In this document: piece by piece, positions 53,141-64,000 of the stretch
How positions within the stretch are numbered: position 1 is the first letter of the stretch
Layout: each line of letters starts with the position of its first letter
Assembly (NCBI GenBank): GCA_963809485.1
Contig: CAWEJX010000020.1
Span: forward strand, 480,001 to 544,000
DNA length: 64,000 nucleotides
Direction of reading: 5' to 3'
Origin: an uncultured Acidobacteriota bacterium
GTDB lineage: Bacteria; Acidobacteriota; UBA6911
Program-made: the position numbers and the translations under genes
Notes under the pieces: generated by a model
The model's database searches: none
The model's input: only the letters and a program-made list of their open reading frames with translations
Told to the model about the DNA's origin: nothing

Positions 53141-53584
53141 CTACCTATCGGCCCGCGGTGGCGGAGATGAAATGCGAAGTGGTTGCGCTGGATCATAATG
53201 GAAGATTTTCGTTTCAGTTGCCGGAATTGGCCGTGACTTGAGCGCCGCTATGCGCTTCTGAACTTCGTCTGAAGTCACAGGGGGCTCTGCATTAGGCATC
53301 TGCATCTTGGCTGAGCCATTATTCGGGTTGTTCTTGGCTTTCCGCTGAGCACCCTCGATCCTGGTTCGGCCAGCCTTCTTGGCTGGAACCGTCCAGCGCT
53401 GAACGAAGTCGTGAATCGTGCTTATGGATGCGTGGATTTGGAACGTATCCAGGACCCGGGCAATTTCCCGATATGTGCGGCGCCGACGCTGCAGTTCCTT
53501 AATCAAAGCACCGTAAGGCTCGAGGCGGGAACGAGACCGCTTTTCGGGCAGATTGTCGAGAATACGGTCAAAGTTTGAATCCAT
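53141..53584 (-). CDS. HTH-type DNA-binding hypothetical protein (mobilisation region)
   Basis: RSRLEPY..LI.ELQRRRRTYREIARVL...SISTIHDFV. Confidence 0.6.
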   Translation of the reverse strand: MDSNFDRILDNLPEKRSRSRLEPYGALIKELQRRRRTYREIARVLDTFQIHASISTIHDFVQRWTVPAKKAGRTRIEGAQRKAKNNPNNGSAKMQMPNAEPPVTSDEVQKRIAALKSRPIPATETKIFHYDPAQPLRISSPPPRADR

Positions 53585-53622
53585 CGGGCTGGCCTGAGGC
53601 TAGAAATAACGGCGGAGTAATG

Positions 53623-53684
53623 CCGAACAACATCCGAACACAAGGCCGAACGGGAACCGAACACCTCCCGAACAACAACCGAAC
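53623..53684. repeat. six phased CCGAAC direct repeats
   Basis: Starts at 53623, 53634, 53646, 53657, 53668, 53679 (spacing 11, 12, 11, 11, 11). Confidence 0.9.
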
Positions 53685-53741
53685 AAAGCTGAGCGATTGC
53701 CGTGTTTTAAAATCCTGAGGCAAAGCCTTAGGGATGGTGTC

Positions 53742-54071
53742 TTACTGATGATGACGTTCTGGATGTTGCCTACGAGCATGTGCTAATCCACTTTCTTCAC
53801 TGAAATCGAGGCTATCTGCAAACCAACGGAAGAACTGAACCGATCTGCCCTGCCAGGCTCCTGAAGCCGGCTCAACCTCGAGCAGACAAGTCTTCGAGGA
53901 GTTTATGAGACGGCTCCCAGTTACTACCACGTCATGCGTGCTGAACGCGAGCCGGATTTCCTCATTGCCGCCTTCCGCAAACAGAAACTGGCTCCATGGC
54001 AGCACAAATGTCCGCTTCAGGAGAACTACTTCGAGATTAGAGCTTGAGATCTCACTCGATTCCCCAGTCAT
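53742..54071 (-). CDS. hypothetical protein downstream of the relaxase, likely frameshifted
   Basis: FVLPWSQFLFAEG..IRLAFSTHDVVVTG; overlaps the relaxase 3' end. Confidence 0.45.
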   Translation of the reverse strand: MTGESSEISSSNLEVVLLKRTFVLPWSQFLFAEGGNEEIRLAFSTHDVVVTGSRLINSSKTCLLEVEPASGAWQGRSVQFFRWFADSLDFSEESGLAHARRQHPERHHQ

Positions 54072-55860
54072 GGCTATTCCCCACAATAGGTTGGTGTGGT
54101 GACTCTCTTGTCAACGTAAGCGGTTTTGCCAGCTGTGATATGAATTGGGCAGCCCGGCGAGCAAGGTTGCGAGCCAAGGCAAGGCCGCGGTCTACTCCCT
54201 GGTGAAGTCCGGGACGACTCTTTCGCTCCAGTTCCGATGCAGATTGCCGGGCATTCGATAATCCAACCGATTCCCGAAGTAGTTCTTTGTCGCTCGTGAT
54301 TATCTGCAGGCTTTCTCTTCCGCGGGAGGCAGCCACATAAAACAGCTCCTTGCGCATCCCGTCTCCGGAAATGATCACCTCATCCACAGACTTTCCCTGG
54401 CTGCGATGCGCCGTCACGGCGTATCCATGGGTGAGCTGCCTGAAACCATACGGGAGAACCCGGCCATCCGTTAAAGTTATCTGTCTCTTGTGGTCCACAT
54501 CGCCGACGCTTACGATTTCCCCGTTGGTTCAGCGGAATTTCTTGCCGCGTCTGTTGGCAGTAATCAAGAGCCTGTCGCCGCGTGCTATCTCAAAGCTCCG
54601 CCTTTTGCATACGTCAAAGCTCCTTGCATCTTCGGGAGTGATTGACTTTAGTCCACCGTTGGGAAGGCGGGCCATAATTCGATTGCCGTCTATCCGAATC
54701 ACCTCAAGCGCGTTATCTTTCGCAATTCCCTTAACCGCCTGATGAAATACAAGTACCTGCCCCGGCCGGTAATTCCGTAGGTCGCTTTTCTGCGCCGTGG
54801 TCCAGTTAAGCGTTTCATCCCGTCCGATCTCTATGCTGTTCCCAATCTGTCCCCGCAGTTTCCGGTTAGTTCGGATCCTTTCCGTAACCCTGTCTATCTC
54901 TTCGTGGGTGGGGCAAACTACCAGGACATTTCTTTCCTTAGCCTCTGCCTCGGCAAATGCCCGGGCTAAGGCTTCGGATCGATCCAGCCACGGTACTTCC
55001 CGTACGGCTCCCATGGCATCCAGCTTTTCAAATCCATTGGCTGGGTCTCGTCGCAATTCCTTTATCGCTTCGCGGCACTCCCTAGCGGTTTGGCGCTGGA
55101 CATGGACCAACTCAACGCTCTTCAGGCGGGACTCCTTTTCCAGAATTCGTAAAGCATCGCAGGCTTCGACACTCTGGATCTGTCTTGTGTCGCCGCTGAA
55201 GACAATTCGGGCTGAATGCTTCTCCATGAGATCCAGCAGATCGCGCATCTGCCGGCCGGAAACCATGCCGGCCTCATCCACAATCAGTACCTTGCCTCTC
55301 ATTGCGGCCTGGCGGCTCAGATCCTGCAGGAGTCGCTCAATCGTGGCTGCGTCCATGAACCCAACCTTCCGCAGTTCCTCCACGGCGCTCATGGTCGGCG
55401 CTATGGCCAGGACCTCATGGCCTGTTTCCAGCAGCGCCCTCCGTAGCTCCCGGAGCGTTGCCGTTTTGCCGGTTCCGGCAGCTCCTCGGATATTCACGGT
55501 TCGGTCACGGGAACTGAGAACAAACCGAATAACTTCGTTTTGCTCCGGGTTGAGCCTGCCCGATGGGATATAGCGGTTTGTTTTATCCAGGCGTTCACAA
55601 TCCCCTACTTCGCGGTTTACACAGGCAATCATCTCCTTTTCTCTCCGCAGGCTGGCTGTGGTGGCAGTCTCGCCACCATTCCGCAGAACCAACTCGAGTG
55701 CTTCCTGAACCGCAAGCTGGTTCTTCACTTGCTGATGATCTACCTGTCCCCGGTCATGCCGGAGAGCTTCGGCCAGGATTTCATAATCTTTGGCGACCGA
55801 TACGCGCTCAAACACATGGTCCTTGACATGTTCCAGGGATGCCGCGCCGGAATTCAGGAC
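54052..55860 (-). pseudogene. MobF (TrwC/TraI-like) relaxase-helicase, helicase part only, with in-frame stop at 54529
   Basis: HVFERVSV, GAAGTGKT, VDEAGM, GDTRQ, VQRQ, HGYAVTAHRSQGKSVD, YVAASRGR. Confidence 0.85.
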
Positions 55861-55879
55861 GAGGGAAAGGGGGGGGAAG

Positions 55880-56089
55880 ATGAGCGAATCAATTGAATAC
55901 AAGTGCAACGCCTGCGGCCTGGTCTTTGAGACGGATATCCGCGCATCCGATGTGAAGTTTTGTTTGTTGTGCGGCTATAAAAATCCGCAACCGATCTGTG
56001 CGCATTGCGGCTCGGGTCTTGCCGGAGCCTCTGCCGAGGAAATGGCGCGGGAGCTTAGGGAAGCCTTCAGACTGCCACCAGGCAAGTAA
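55880..56089 (+). CDS. small zinc-ribbon protein
   Basis: CNAC, CLLC, CAHC; purine-rich RBS. Confidence 0.5.
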   Translation: MSESIEYKCNACGLVFETDIRASDVKFCLLCGYKNPQPICAHCGSGLAGASAEEMARELREAFRLPPGK

Positions 56090-56598
56090 CGGGCTTCCTA
56101 TGCCAAACTATGGCTTGGGCATGATCGGGGCCGCACAAGGCGCCATAACGGAAACGGGCCATATCAGGTAAGGGCCAAGCCTAGATCGTGCCTCCTGGGG
56201 CCGCACAGACGAAATTATTCAGAACCAGGCCGATTAGGTTCCCGAAATCCCGCCTGAAACCTTCCAGGCTGTCCTGGAGAAAGTTATTACAATAGTTATA
56301 GGAAATGAGTTCCGAACAGGTCTATCCGATCCTCTCCCGCTTCCAGGACCCTGTGTTGTAGCCATCCGTTTCGCTTCAGGAAAGGATACTGCTCGGCTAG
56401 CGCGACGTGGCGTTCGATCCGCTGTTACTCTCTCGGAAATACGCCAGTCGCTTCGGCTATATCCCGTTTTGAACCTGATTTCTTTGGTCGACCCCCACCT
56501 CTTCATCCACGTTTAGAGTTGTGTGGCGAATCGTTTTGCGGCGGGGCACATCACTATTATTATGGAATCGGTTTAAACTGCGATAGATCGGTTTTGCG

Positions 56599-56630
56599 AA
56601 AAAGGAAAAGGCCGCCCCGATGAGCGGCCC
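56599..56630 (-). terminator. rho-independent terminator of the PEP-CTERM gene
   Basis: GGCCGC / GCGGCC stem with a minus-strand T run. Confidence 0.55.
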
Positions 56631-56665
56631 TTGTCTGATTTCCTAAAAATCCTACGGAGAAAAAC

Positions 56666-57418
56666 TTACTTTTTCCTGCGCCGCACTGCCAATCCCAATG
56701 CTCCAAGGCCAGTGCCTAAAAGGAGTATGGATGCAGGTTCTGGGATGGGAACGAACTGGTCAGCGGTGAGATTAAAATTATCAAAAGCCGCAAAGACTGT
56801 CGTGTCATTTGTCTCGTTGTATATACCAAGCCCTAAAGTTTTAATCGGATCCGCACTCCCATTAGCTTGTCGTATCAATTGCCAGTCAGTATCTAAAGGT
56901 TCCCAATAGTAGGCAGACATTAAAGTGCCCATACGAGTAAATCGCAATAATCCTTCCATATCGGTGGTCGGGGCGCCATATTCATCGTCTATGCCGGCAA
57001 CGTATATATCACCCCCGTCAAGCGATCGACCCACGAAATAAGGATCATCCAGCAGTAGTCCATTACTCAAAAGAATGGCAATAGTAGGCTCATCTCCTGG
57101 ACCGACCAAAGGACTCAGCAGTTCATAATCGACCTGTATATCGAAGTCTCCGTAAATGGTGCCAAGAAGAGATATGCCAGCAAGAGCAATGGCGGAATTG
57201 GGTGCTGAAGGGTAAGGATCAATCGTGGCCTTTGCTTCAAGCCGTCCATTTATCTCTGAAACTGAAATAGAAACACCAGGGCCACCGCTGCCTATATTGA
57301 AAGGTACCCATAGCGAGGAATTCAGCGAATTGTCATTGAAGTTATCTCCTATCGTGTCAGCAAATACTAATCCTGGCACAATTAAGATAAAAAGGCTTAT
57401 AAATAACAATTTTTCCAT
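56666..57418 (-). CDS. PEP-CTERM sorting-domain protein
   Basis: Signal peptide; C-terminal IPEPASILLLGTGLGALGLAVRRRKK. Confidence 0.9.
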   Translation of the reverse strand: MEKLLFISLFILIVPGLVFADTIGDNFNDNSLNSSLWVPFNIGSGGPGVSISVSEINGRLEAKATIDPYPSAPNSAIALAGISLLGTIYGDFDIQVDYELLSPLVGPGDEPTIAILLSNGLLLDDPYFVGRSLDGGDIYVAGIDDEYGAPTTDMEGLLRFTRMGTLMSAYYWEPLDTDWQLIRQANGSADPIKTLGLGIYNETNDTTVFAAFDNFNLTADQFVPIPEPASILLLGTGLGALGLAVRRRKK

Positions 57419-57457
57419 ACTAGCCCCCTTTTGCTAGACAACTGTATCCAAACATTA

Positions 57458-57699
57458 AGCAATTATTTATCCATCAAATTAGCGTCCCAAGGAACATCTC
57501 GGTATGTCTAACAAAAGCAAGGAGTTACTATGAGTAGGGAGAAAAACATGCCCTTGGTAAGATTTATCATGAGTCCCTCAAATTGTAAGGCAATTTTACA
57601 CGAATTTCGGCAATGATAATTTGTGATTCGCTAATTTATGGCAAAACAATGACTTGCGGAATAGTGCATTGGATCTTTGAATTGTAAGGTTTTCCGACG
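57458..57699 (-). promoter_or_regulatory. sigma-54 promoter with two candidate enhancer-binding-protein boxes
   Basis: Minus-strand TGGATAAATAATTGCT (GG-N10-GC) at 57458-57473; TGTAAGGCAATTTTACA at 57584-57600; TGTAAGGTTTTCCGACG at 57683-57699. Confidence 0.6.
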
Positions 57700-57966
57700 C
57701 TATGCGGCCAAATAGTGAATCAGGACAGGATTTCTGGGGCACAAACCTGTCCTGAGGCTTCCAGAGCAGCAACGGTCCGTGCACTACTATTGTTTCGCCA
57801 GGATCGATTCTATTTCAGGAAATTTGCATCCTGGCCTAATAAACTGCAACTCCGCCCCTTCAAGAGATCGGCGAAAATCCACAGTAGCCGGACGGCCGCC
57901 GTTAACCCAATGTTAACCTTAGCTGTTTTTGGTGATTTATGAATTTCGCTAACTTATTGATTCTGT

Positions 57967-58042
<76 letters not shown>

Positions 58043-58228
58043 ACTCTTTTTATGCAGGAGTGCTGCCCGCAAAATCCACCCGAATCCACCCGCGGCCAGC
58101 ACGACGCCCATGAGGTTAGCACGCCCGCGCCCTATTGTGAAGGCGGTTTTTTGAGACCGTCGGCCCATCCACACCTACAGGCCGGACGGCTCCGGGAAGC
58201 CGTCCTCGCCAATTTCCAATTCCTGCTG

Positions 58229-61200
58229 CTATTTCGTGGGATACGGCGGTGGCGGCGGAATCTGCACCGGCGCGGACTTCAGCTCCTGCAGTATCACCTC
58301 GATCGCCTTGTTCAGCTGCTCGTCGATCCCGGCAAATTCCTTCGCCGGATCATTGTCGACCACGATGTCCGGATCCACGCCGTGCCCTTCCATGATCCAT
58401 TCCTTGCCGGCCATGTCATAGCGCGAAAATTCCGGCCGGTTGAGAAAGCCGCCGTCCACAATCGGAAGCGTCCCGCGAATGCCCACGACTCCGCCCCAGG
58501 AGCGCTTGCCGATCAGCTTCCCCAGCTTGTACTATCTGAAGCGGTACGGGAAAATATCTCCGTCCGAAGCCGAAAACTCATCCAGCAGGCATACCTTCGG
58601 ACCGGCAATCAGATACCTCCGGATCGAAGCTCGGCGCCGTGTTGCGCGCGATGTCGATCATCGCCGCTTCACGCCGCAGCCGCTCAATCATCATCGGCGA
58701 AACATTTCCGCCGCCGTTCCCCCTCACGTCCACAATCACGGCTTCTTTGCGAAGCTGCGGATAAAAATATTTCACAAACTCATTCAGGCCGCTCACTCCC
58801 ATGTCGGGAATATGGATGTAGCCGACCTTCCCCTGCGTGGCCTTGTCCACCTTCTCGAGGTTCCCCTGCACCCAGGCGTAGTAATAGAGCGGCCTCTCAT
58901 CGTCGATCGGCATCACAACCGTTTCGCGGCTGCCCGCCTCCTCCGGCTTCGCAGTTCAGCTTCAGCCGGACCTGCTTGCCCACCGTATTGACCAGCGACT
59001 CGTAGATGTCCTTCATCTGATTCGTGGGCTTGCCGTTCACCGCGAGAATGTAGTCGCCTTCCCTCGCATCCACGCCGATCTCCGTCAGCGGCGACCGGAC
59101 ATCCTTGTCCCAGTTCTGCCCCTTCAGAATCTTCGCAATCCGGAAATATCCCGACGCCGCATCCTTCTCGATCACCGCCCCGAGCAGGCCCGTCTTGATC
59201 CGCTCCTTCTGCGGCAGATCCCCGCCGCCCACATAGGTGTGCCCCGCGCTCAATTCGCCGATCATCTCACCGATGATGTAGGTCAGGTCCGCCCGGTGCC
59301 GGACAAAGGGAAGCAGCGGCTCGTAGTTCTTGCGGACTTTCTCCCAGTCCACTCCGTGCATGTTGGGCGCATAGAAAAAGTCCCGCATCTGCCGCCAGGA
59401 TTCGTTGATAGATCTGCTTCCACTCGGCCGTGCGGTCGAGATTGACTTTCAGATCCGACAGGTTGAGCCGCTCGCTGATATCGAGTCTTGCGCCGGGCAG
59501 ATCGATGATGGCGTAGGAACCGCCCTGGCCGATCAGCATCTTCTTTCCGTCCGCGGACATTTCATAGCCGTCGCACTCCCCCAGCTCGGTTTCCTTCAGC
59601 TTGTCCAGGTCGATACAGCATCAGCTTTGCTCTTTTCGTCCGCCTTTGCGCCGCCTGGTAGTAGAGCTTGTTGCCCACGGAAACCAGATGCTCGTAGGTG
59701 GCCCCGACAACCGGAAATTCCGCGATGCGCGCCTGGATGCCGTCGGCATCCACCTTGACCGTCAACAGGCTTTGCCTGCGCGTTCGCCTTCTTCTCGCGC
59801 CCTCCTCTTTGCAGGCTCTTTGGCCGGTTCCTTTGCCGCGATCCTTGATCTTGACCTCGTCGCTCTTGGGTTCAAAGGGAGATTTGGTTTCCTTGGCCAG
59901 CGTCACCAGATAGATCTTCGCCATGTCCCGGTAGCTGTAGTTGAATTCGGTCTGACCATAGGTGGGATTAAAGGTCCTGATCGGAGATAAAAAAGAGGTA
60001 CTTGCCGTCCGCGCTGAAAGCCGGCTCGCCCGAATCAAACCAGCCGTCGGTTACGGCAAACGTTTCTTTCTTTGCGACGGAATAAAGATAGATCATCTGC
60101 ATCTTTTGCTCTTCCGGCTGGGCATAGGCAATCCACTGGCTGTCCGGAGACCAGTTGAATTCCGTGATTTCCCAGGCCTTCGCCTGGGCTACCTGCGTGA
60201 CCTCGCCGGAATCGACGTCGACAAACTGCAGGCGGAGCTTTCTTGTCCGACCAGAGCAGTTTCCTGCTGTCGGGAGACCAGAGCAGGGGGAATTTGTAGG
60301 TATCGGCGCCCCTCGTCAACTGCTTCGCCGGGCCCGAACCATCCTGCGGAATGATGTAGATTTCATCTTCGCCCGAGGCATCGGAAATATAGGCTATCCA
60401 TTTGCCGTCCGGAGACCATTTGGATGCGCGTTCATGCACGCCGGAAGTAGTTGGTCAGATTGCGGGTGTTCCCGTACTTTGCCGGAACCGTGAAAATCTC
60501 GCCGCGTGCGCCGAAAAGCGCCCGGTTTCCATCCGGAGAAATCTCATAATTGCTGATGAACCTGCTGACGATCCACCCATCCGCCGCGGCCTGTCGCCTG
60601 ATCGTCGGCGATGAAGATCGGCACCTTCTCCGCTTTCTGGCTTTTCAGGTCAAATCGATATATGTAGCCGCCATTCTCAAAAACGATGGCGTCATCTCCC
60701 AGCGACGGGAACTTGATGTCAAAATCCGCAAAGCTGTGAGCTTCTGCGTCTGCTTTCCCGAGGGATCGTAGGAATACAGGTTGAAACGCTTGTTTTCATC
60801 GCGGTCCGATATGAAATAGATTCTGTTCACCGGTCCACATCGGGAATATGTCCTGGGCCGGATTGTTCGTAATGTTGACCGTCTGCCTGGAATCGAAATC
60901 ATAGATCCAGACATCGTCCGCCTGGCCGCCCCGATAGCGCTTCCAGGTCCGGAATTCGCGAAAGACGCGGTTGTAGGCCAGTTTCTTCAGGTCCGGCGAA
61001 TACGAGCAGAATCCGCCGCGCGGCAATGGCAGCTGTTCGGAAAGACCTCCGTCCACGGGGACCAGAAGCAGGTCGCCCTTCCAGTCATTCCACTGGTCTT
61101 TGCGGGACCGGTAGAGAATCTGGTCGTGCCCCTTCCAGCCCATGACGATGTTGTTCGGGCCCATCCGGTCGGAAACATCGTCCCGGTCGAGCGTCGCCGT

Positions 61201-61520
61201 GTAGGTCAGCCGCTTGGGAATGCCTCCTTCGGAGGGCATCAGATAGACCTCGGTGTTGCCGTCATACTGCGCGGTGAAGGCCAGATTGTTTCCCATCGGG
61301 AGAGAACCGGGCAAACATCTCATAACCCGGCATCGTTGGTCAGCTTGCGGGCCGTTCCGCCTTTGGAATCGACCGTGTAAAGGTCGCCGGCATAGCTGAA
61401 CACGATCCGGCTCCCGTGAATTGCCGGAAAGCGCAGAAGGCGAGTCTCTTCCTGCGGGAAAGCCTCAAACGAAACCAAAAGCTGAAGGCCGAGCAGCAGC
61501 GGCAGAAAACGAATTTTCAT
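58229..61520 (-). CDS. tricorn protease (peptidase S41) with many frameshifts
   Basis: LLRFPAI..IVFSYAGDL, WKRYRGG, WSPD repeats, PDZ, GYIHIPDM, DVRGNGGG, EGHGVDPDI across about 8 ORF pieces. Confidence 0.88.
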
Positions 61521-61553
61521 GTTTCCCCTCTCGATATAAATAGTTCCAAACCT

Positions 61554-62753
61554 CTAAGACTCAAGGACTCGAAGCTCTTTCCCGACGGCAATGAATTTTT
61601 CCACGCCAAAATCAAGGTCCTGCTCGGAATGGGTGGCGGAAATCATCACGCGAATACGCGCTTTTCCCATCGGGACCGTGGGGAAGCCGATGGCCATCGC
61701 GAATATGTTCTGCTCGAAAAGCCGGCGGCTGAACTCCTGGGCCGTTTTAGCCTCTCCCAGCATCACCGGCGTAATCGGCGTCTCGCTCTTCCCCGTGTCG
61801 AATCCCGCGTCGCGCATTCTCCCCTTGAAATAGCGCGCATTGCTCCAAAGTTTTTTCACCAGCTCGTCGGAGGACTCCAGCAGATCGACTGCTGCGCTGC
61901 AGGCCGCAACATCAGCCGGCGTGAGCGCGCTGGAAAACAAAAAAGGCCTGCCCTTTTGCCGCAGATGCTCCACGATGACCTTTTTCCCGGCCACGAAGCC
62001 GCCCATTACGCCAAAAGCCTTGGACATCGTTCCGATTTCGACGTCGACGCGGCCGTGCATATGGAAGTGATCCACGGCGCCGCGCCCCCCTTCACCGAGC
62101 ACGCCTTCGCCGTGCGCGTCGTCGACCATAATCATCGCATGATACTTCTCGGCGAGCTCGACCAGAGGCGGTAGAGGCGCGATATCCCCGTCCATCGAGA
62201 AGACGCCGTCGGTGATGATCAGCGCGCGGCGTCCTGTTCGGTCCATGTAGTTTTCCTGAAGCTTCTGTTCCAGCGACGCAGGAATACAGTGCTCGTAGCG
62301 TATGATCGGCGCGCCGGAGAGCCTGCAGCCGTCGATGATCGAGGCGTGATTCAGCTCGTCGGAAAAGATCAGATCCTCTTTACCGACCAGGGCCGGGATG
62401 GCCGCCAGATTGGAATTGAATCCCGACTGGAACGAAATCGCGGCCTCCACATGCTTGAAACGGGCGAGTTTTTCCTCGAGCTCCGTATGAAGGACCATGG
62501 TTCCGGCAATGGAGCGGACCGCCGCGGGGCCTACCCCGAAACGCTCGATGGCGTCCCGGGCCGCCTGCTTCAGTTTGGGATGGTTCGCCAGACCGAGATA
62601 ATTGTTGGAGCATAGATTCAGCACCCGCCTGCCATCCACATGAATCCAGGCGCCCTGGGGAGACTCGATCGTCCGCAGATTGATCAGCAATCCTTCCTTT
62701 TCAAGCCGCGACCTCTCATCCAGAATAAACTGCAGTTTGTCGTCCGTCCCCAT
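61554..62753 (-). CDS. kbl: glycine C-acetyltransferase / 8-amino-7-oxononanoate synthase family
   Basis: [52 protein letters not shown]. Confidence 0.88.
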   Translation of the reverse strand: MGTDDKLQFILDERSRLEKEGLLINLRTIESPQGAWIHVDGRRVLNLCSNNYLGLANHPKLKQAARDAIERFGVGPAAVRSIAGTMVLHTELEEKLARFKHVEAAISFQSGFNSNLAAIPALVGKEDLIFSDELNHASIIDGCRLSGAPIIRYEHCIPASLEQKLQENYMDRTGRRALIITDGVFSMDGDIAPLPPLVELAEKYHAMIMVDDAHGEGVLGEGGRGAVDHFHMHGRVDVEIGTMSKAFGVMGGFVAGKKVIVEHLRQKGRPFLFSSALTPADVAACSAAVDLLESSDELVKKLWSNARYFKGRMRDAGFDTGKSETPITPVMLGEAKTAQEFSRRLFEQNIFAMAIGFPTVPMGKARIRVMISATHSEQDLDFGVEKFIAVGKELRVLES

Positions 62754-63019
62754 ACACACCTCCATCAACATTAACTGCCGAGAAAATAGTATTTATTCAT
62801 AATTTTTCAGCGTGCGTCAGCGTTAAAATTTATGGACAGGCCCCCGGAATCGGTTTCAAAACGGCTGTCGCGAGATGCTCGCCGGCAGTTTTGAGACAGT
62901 CTCTGGAGAGCTGTACTCACCTGAAGGATAGCAAGGCGTTTTCCCATAAATCCACGGCCAAACTCTGATCTGAAAAGACACGAAGTTTTGACGCACTCCC
63001 GCGAATTGCCCGATTGCCC

Positions 63020-63898
63020 TCACGCAGCGCGTATCTTTGCGCGCATCAGCGGACGCAATCCCCGTGTGCCTGCCAGCAGATCCTTGCGTTCCTCAGCATC
63101 CATAGGCAACAGGCCGTGGGCCAATTCCAGGGCCATCCGGAATAGCCTTTCATCTCCGGGAGGCACGGCCGCCGTTGCTCCTTCCGAAAGGGTGAAACGA
63201 AGGGCCTTGCGCGCAAGTTCTCTGTCCTCTATGGGACGATACCAGCAATTGGGGTATTTCCGCTTTTCCCCTTTGCGCCAGGGCCCATGCGCCATCGCCT
63301 TAATGGCAAGGATCGCAGCCCCCGATTCTTTGGCCCGGGCGACGACCTGAGGCCCGAAATTGCCCCGCGCATAGCAGATGAAATTCACCGGAAACAATAC
63401 GGAATCAAAATGGAAGCGGTCGAACATTGCAAGCGCCGCCTCGACGGAATGGGCGGAGAATCCGACATGTCGGATTTTGCCCTGCTCCTGCGCCTGCAGA
63501 AAAGCCTCCAAAGCTCCGCCCGGAGCAAATATCTCATTCACTTCTTCCAGATCCGAGACCGCGTGAAACTGGTAGAGATCAAAATGATCCGTGCGCAAAT
63601 GTCTGAGCGACTGCTCCAGTTCCTCCCTTGCCCCCTGCGCCGAACGCTCGAGAGTTTTGCACGCAAGAAAAATCCCGTCCCTATGGGAAGCCAGCGCGGG
63701 TCCCATTCTCTGCTCCGCCTGTCCGCTGCCATAAAACGGCGCAACATCAAAATAGTTGATGCCCTCATCGAAGACTTCGGCGACGATCCTGTCGGCCTCG
63801 CGCTGCTCCATCCCCACAAGGAGCATGCCTCCGAAGCCCAGGATCGAGAGATCGGTTCCATCCTTATATTTTCGCCTGGGGATCTGCCTGTTTTTCAT
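63020..63898 (-). CDS. aldo/keto reductase
   Basis: GFGG, FDVAPFYG, ACKT, DLYQFH, GFSAH. Confidence 0.9.
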   Translation of the reverse strand: MKNRQIPRRKYKDGTDLSILGFGGMLLVGMEQREADRIVAEVFDEGINYFDVAPFYGSGQAEQRMGPALASHRDGIFLACKTLERSAQGAREELEQSLRHLRTDHFDLYQFHAVSDLEEVNEIFAPGGALEAFLQAQEQGKIRHVGFSAHSVEAALAMFDRFHFDSVLFPVNFICYARGNFGPQVVARAKESGAAILAIKAMAHGPWRKGEKRKYPNCWYRPIEDRELARKALRFTLSEGATAAVPPGDERLFRMALELAHGLLPMDAEERKDLLAGTRGLRPLMRAKIRAA

Positions 63899-64000
63899 CA
63901 CAACTTCCCTGTGAAATCGGAATTAGCATTTTACCGCCAAGACCGGAAGACGCGAAGGGCCTAAAGATGGTAAATATATGGTGTGATCCAAATGCTTAAA

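Noticed and set aside
53623-53684. CRISPR array
   Set aside because: 6-bp repeats with 5-6 bp spacers; no cas genes and no CRISPR-sized repeats seen in the window
54529-54531. In-frame TGA in the relaxase as selenocysteine
   Set aside because: The gene already lacks its relaxase domain and there is no redox motif; a nonsense mutation is simpler
58052-59005. Long antisense or shadow ORFs (also 15457-16350, 19977-20867, 54797-55573, 61416-62174)
   Set aside because: They overlap well-supported genes on the opposite strand and have no recognisable motifs

Overview
Probably an Acidobacteriota-like genome (TonB receptor with an N-terminal carboxypeptidase-regulatory-like domain, PEP-CTERM genes, tricorn protease), apparently assembled with scattered indel errors. 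Core-type genes (aldo/keto reductase, kbl, tricorn protease) lie at 58.2-64 kb next to an intact tRNA-Lys(CTT) at 57967-58042 (-). Downstream of that tRNA is an accessory stack of at least 52 kb, marked by two further tRNA-Lys 3' copies (39247, 9207) and a tRNA-Arg(ACG) 3' fragment (5665). Segment A (39.3-57.9 kb) carries a tyrosine integrase, HicAB, a GMC/DegT/GT39/two radical SAM/methyltransferase cluster, a broken MobF relaxase, six helically phased CCGAAC repeats and a PEP-CTERM gene. Segment B (9.3-39.2 kb) is bracketed by IS1-type inverted repeats. It carries a TonB receptor, a beta-helix lipoprotein, a Tat flavoprotein, a Tat-type molybdenum hydroxylase and three exported UGSC-family paralogues. 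The main finding is that two of these paralogues, split in the ORF track, read through an in-frame UGA in a U-x-x-C motif followed by SECIS-like hairpins (probable selenoproteins), while the third has S-x-x-T at the aligned site. Together these suggest a horizontally acquired periplasmic Se/Mo/flavin redox system of unknown substrate. All calls come from reading the sequence; no searches were run.
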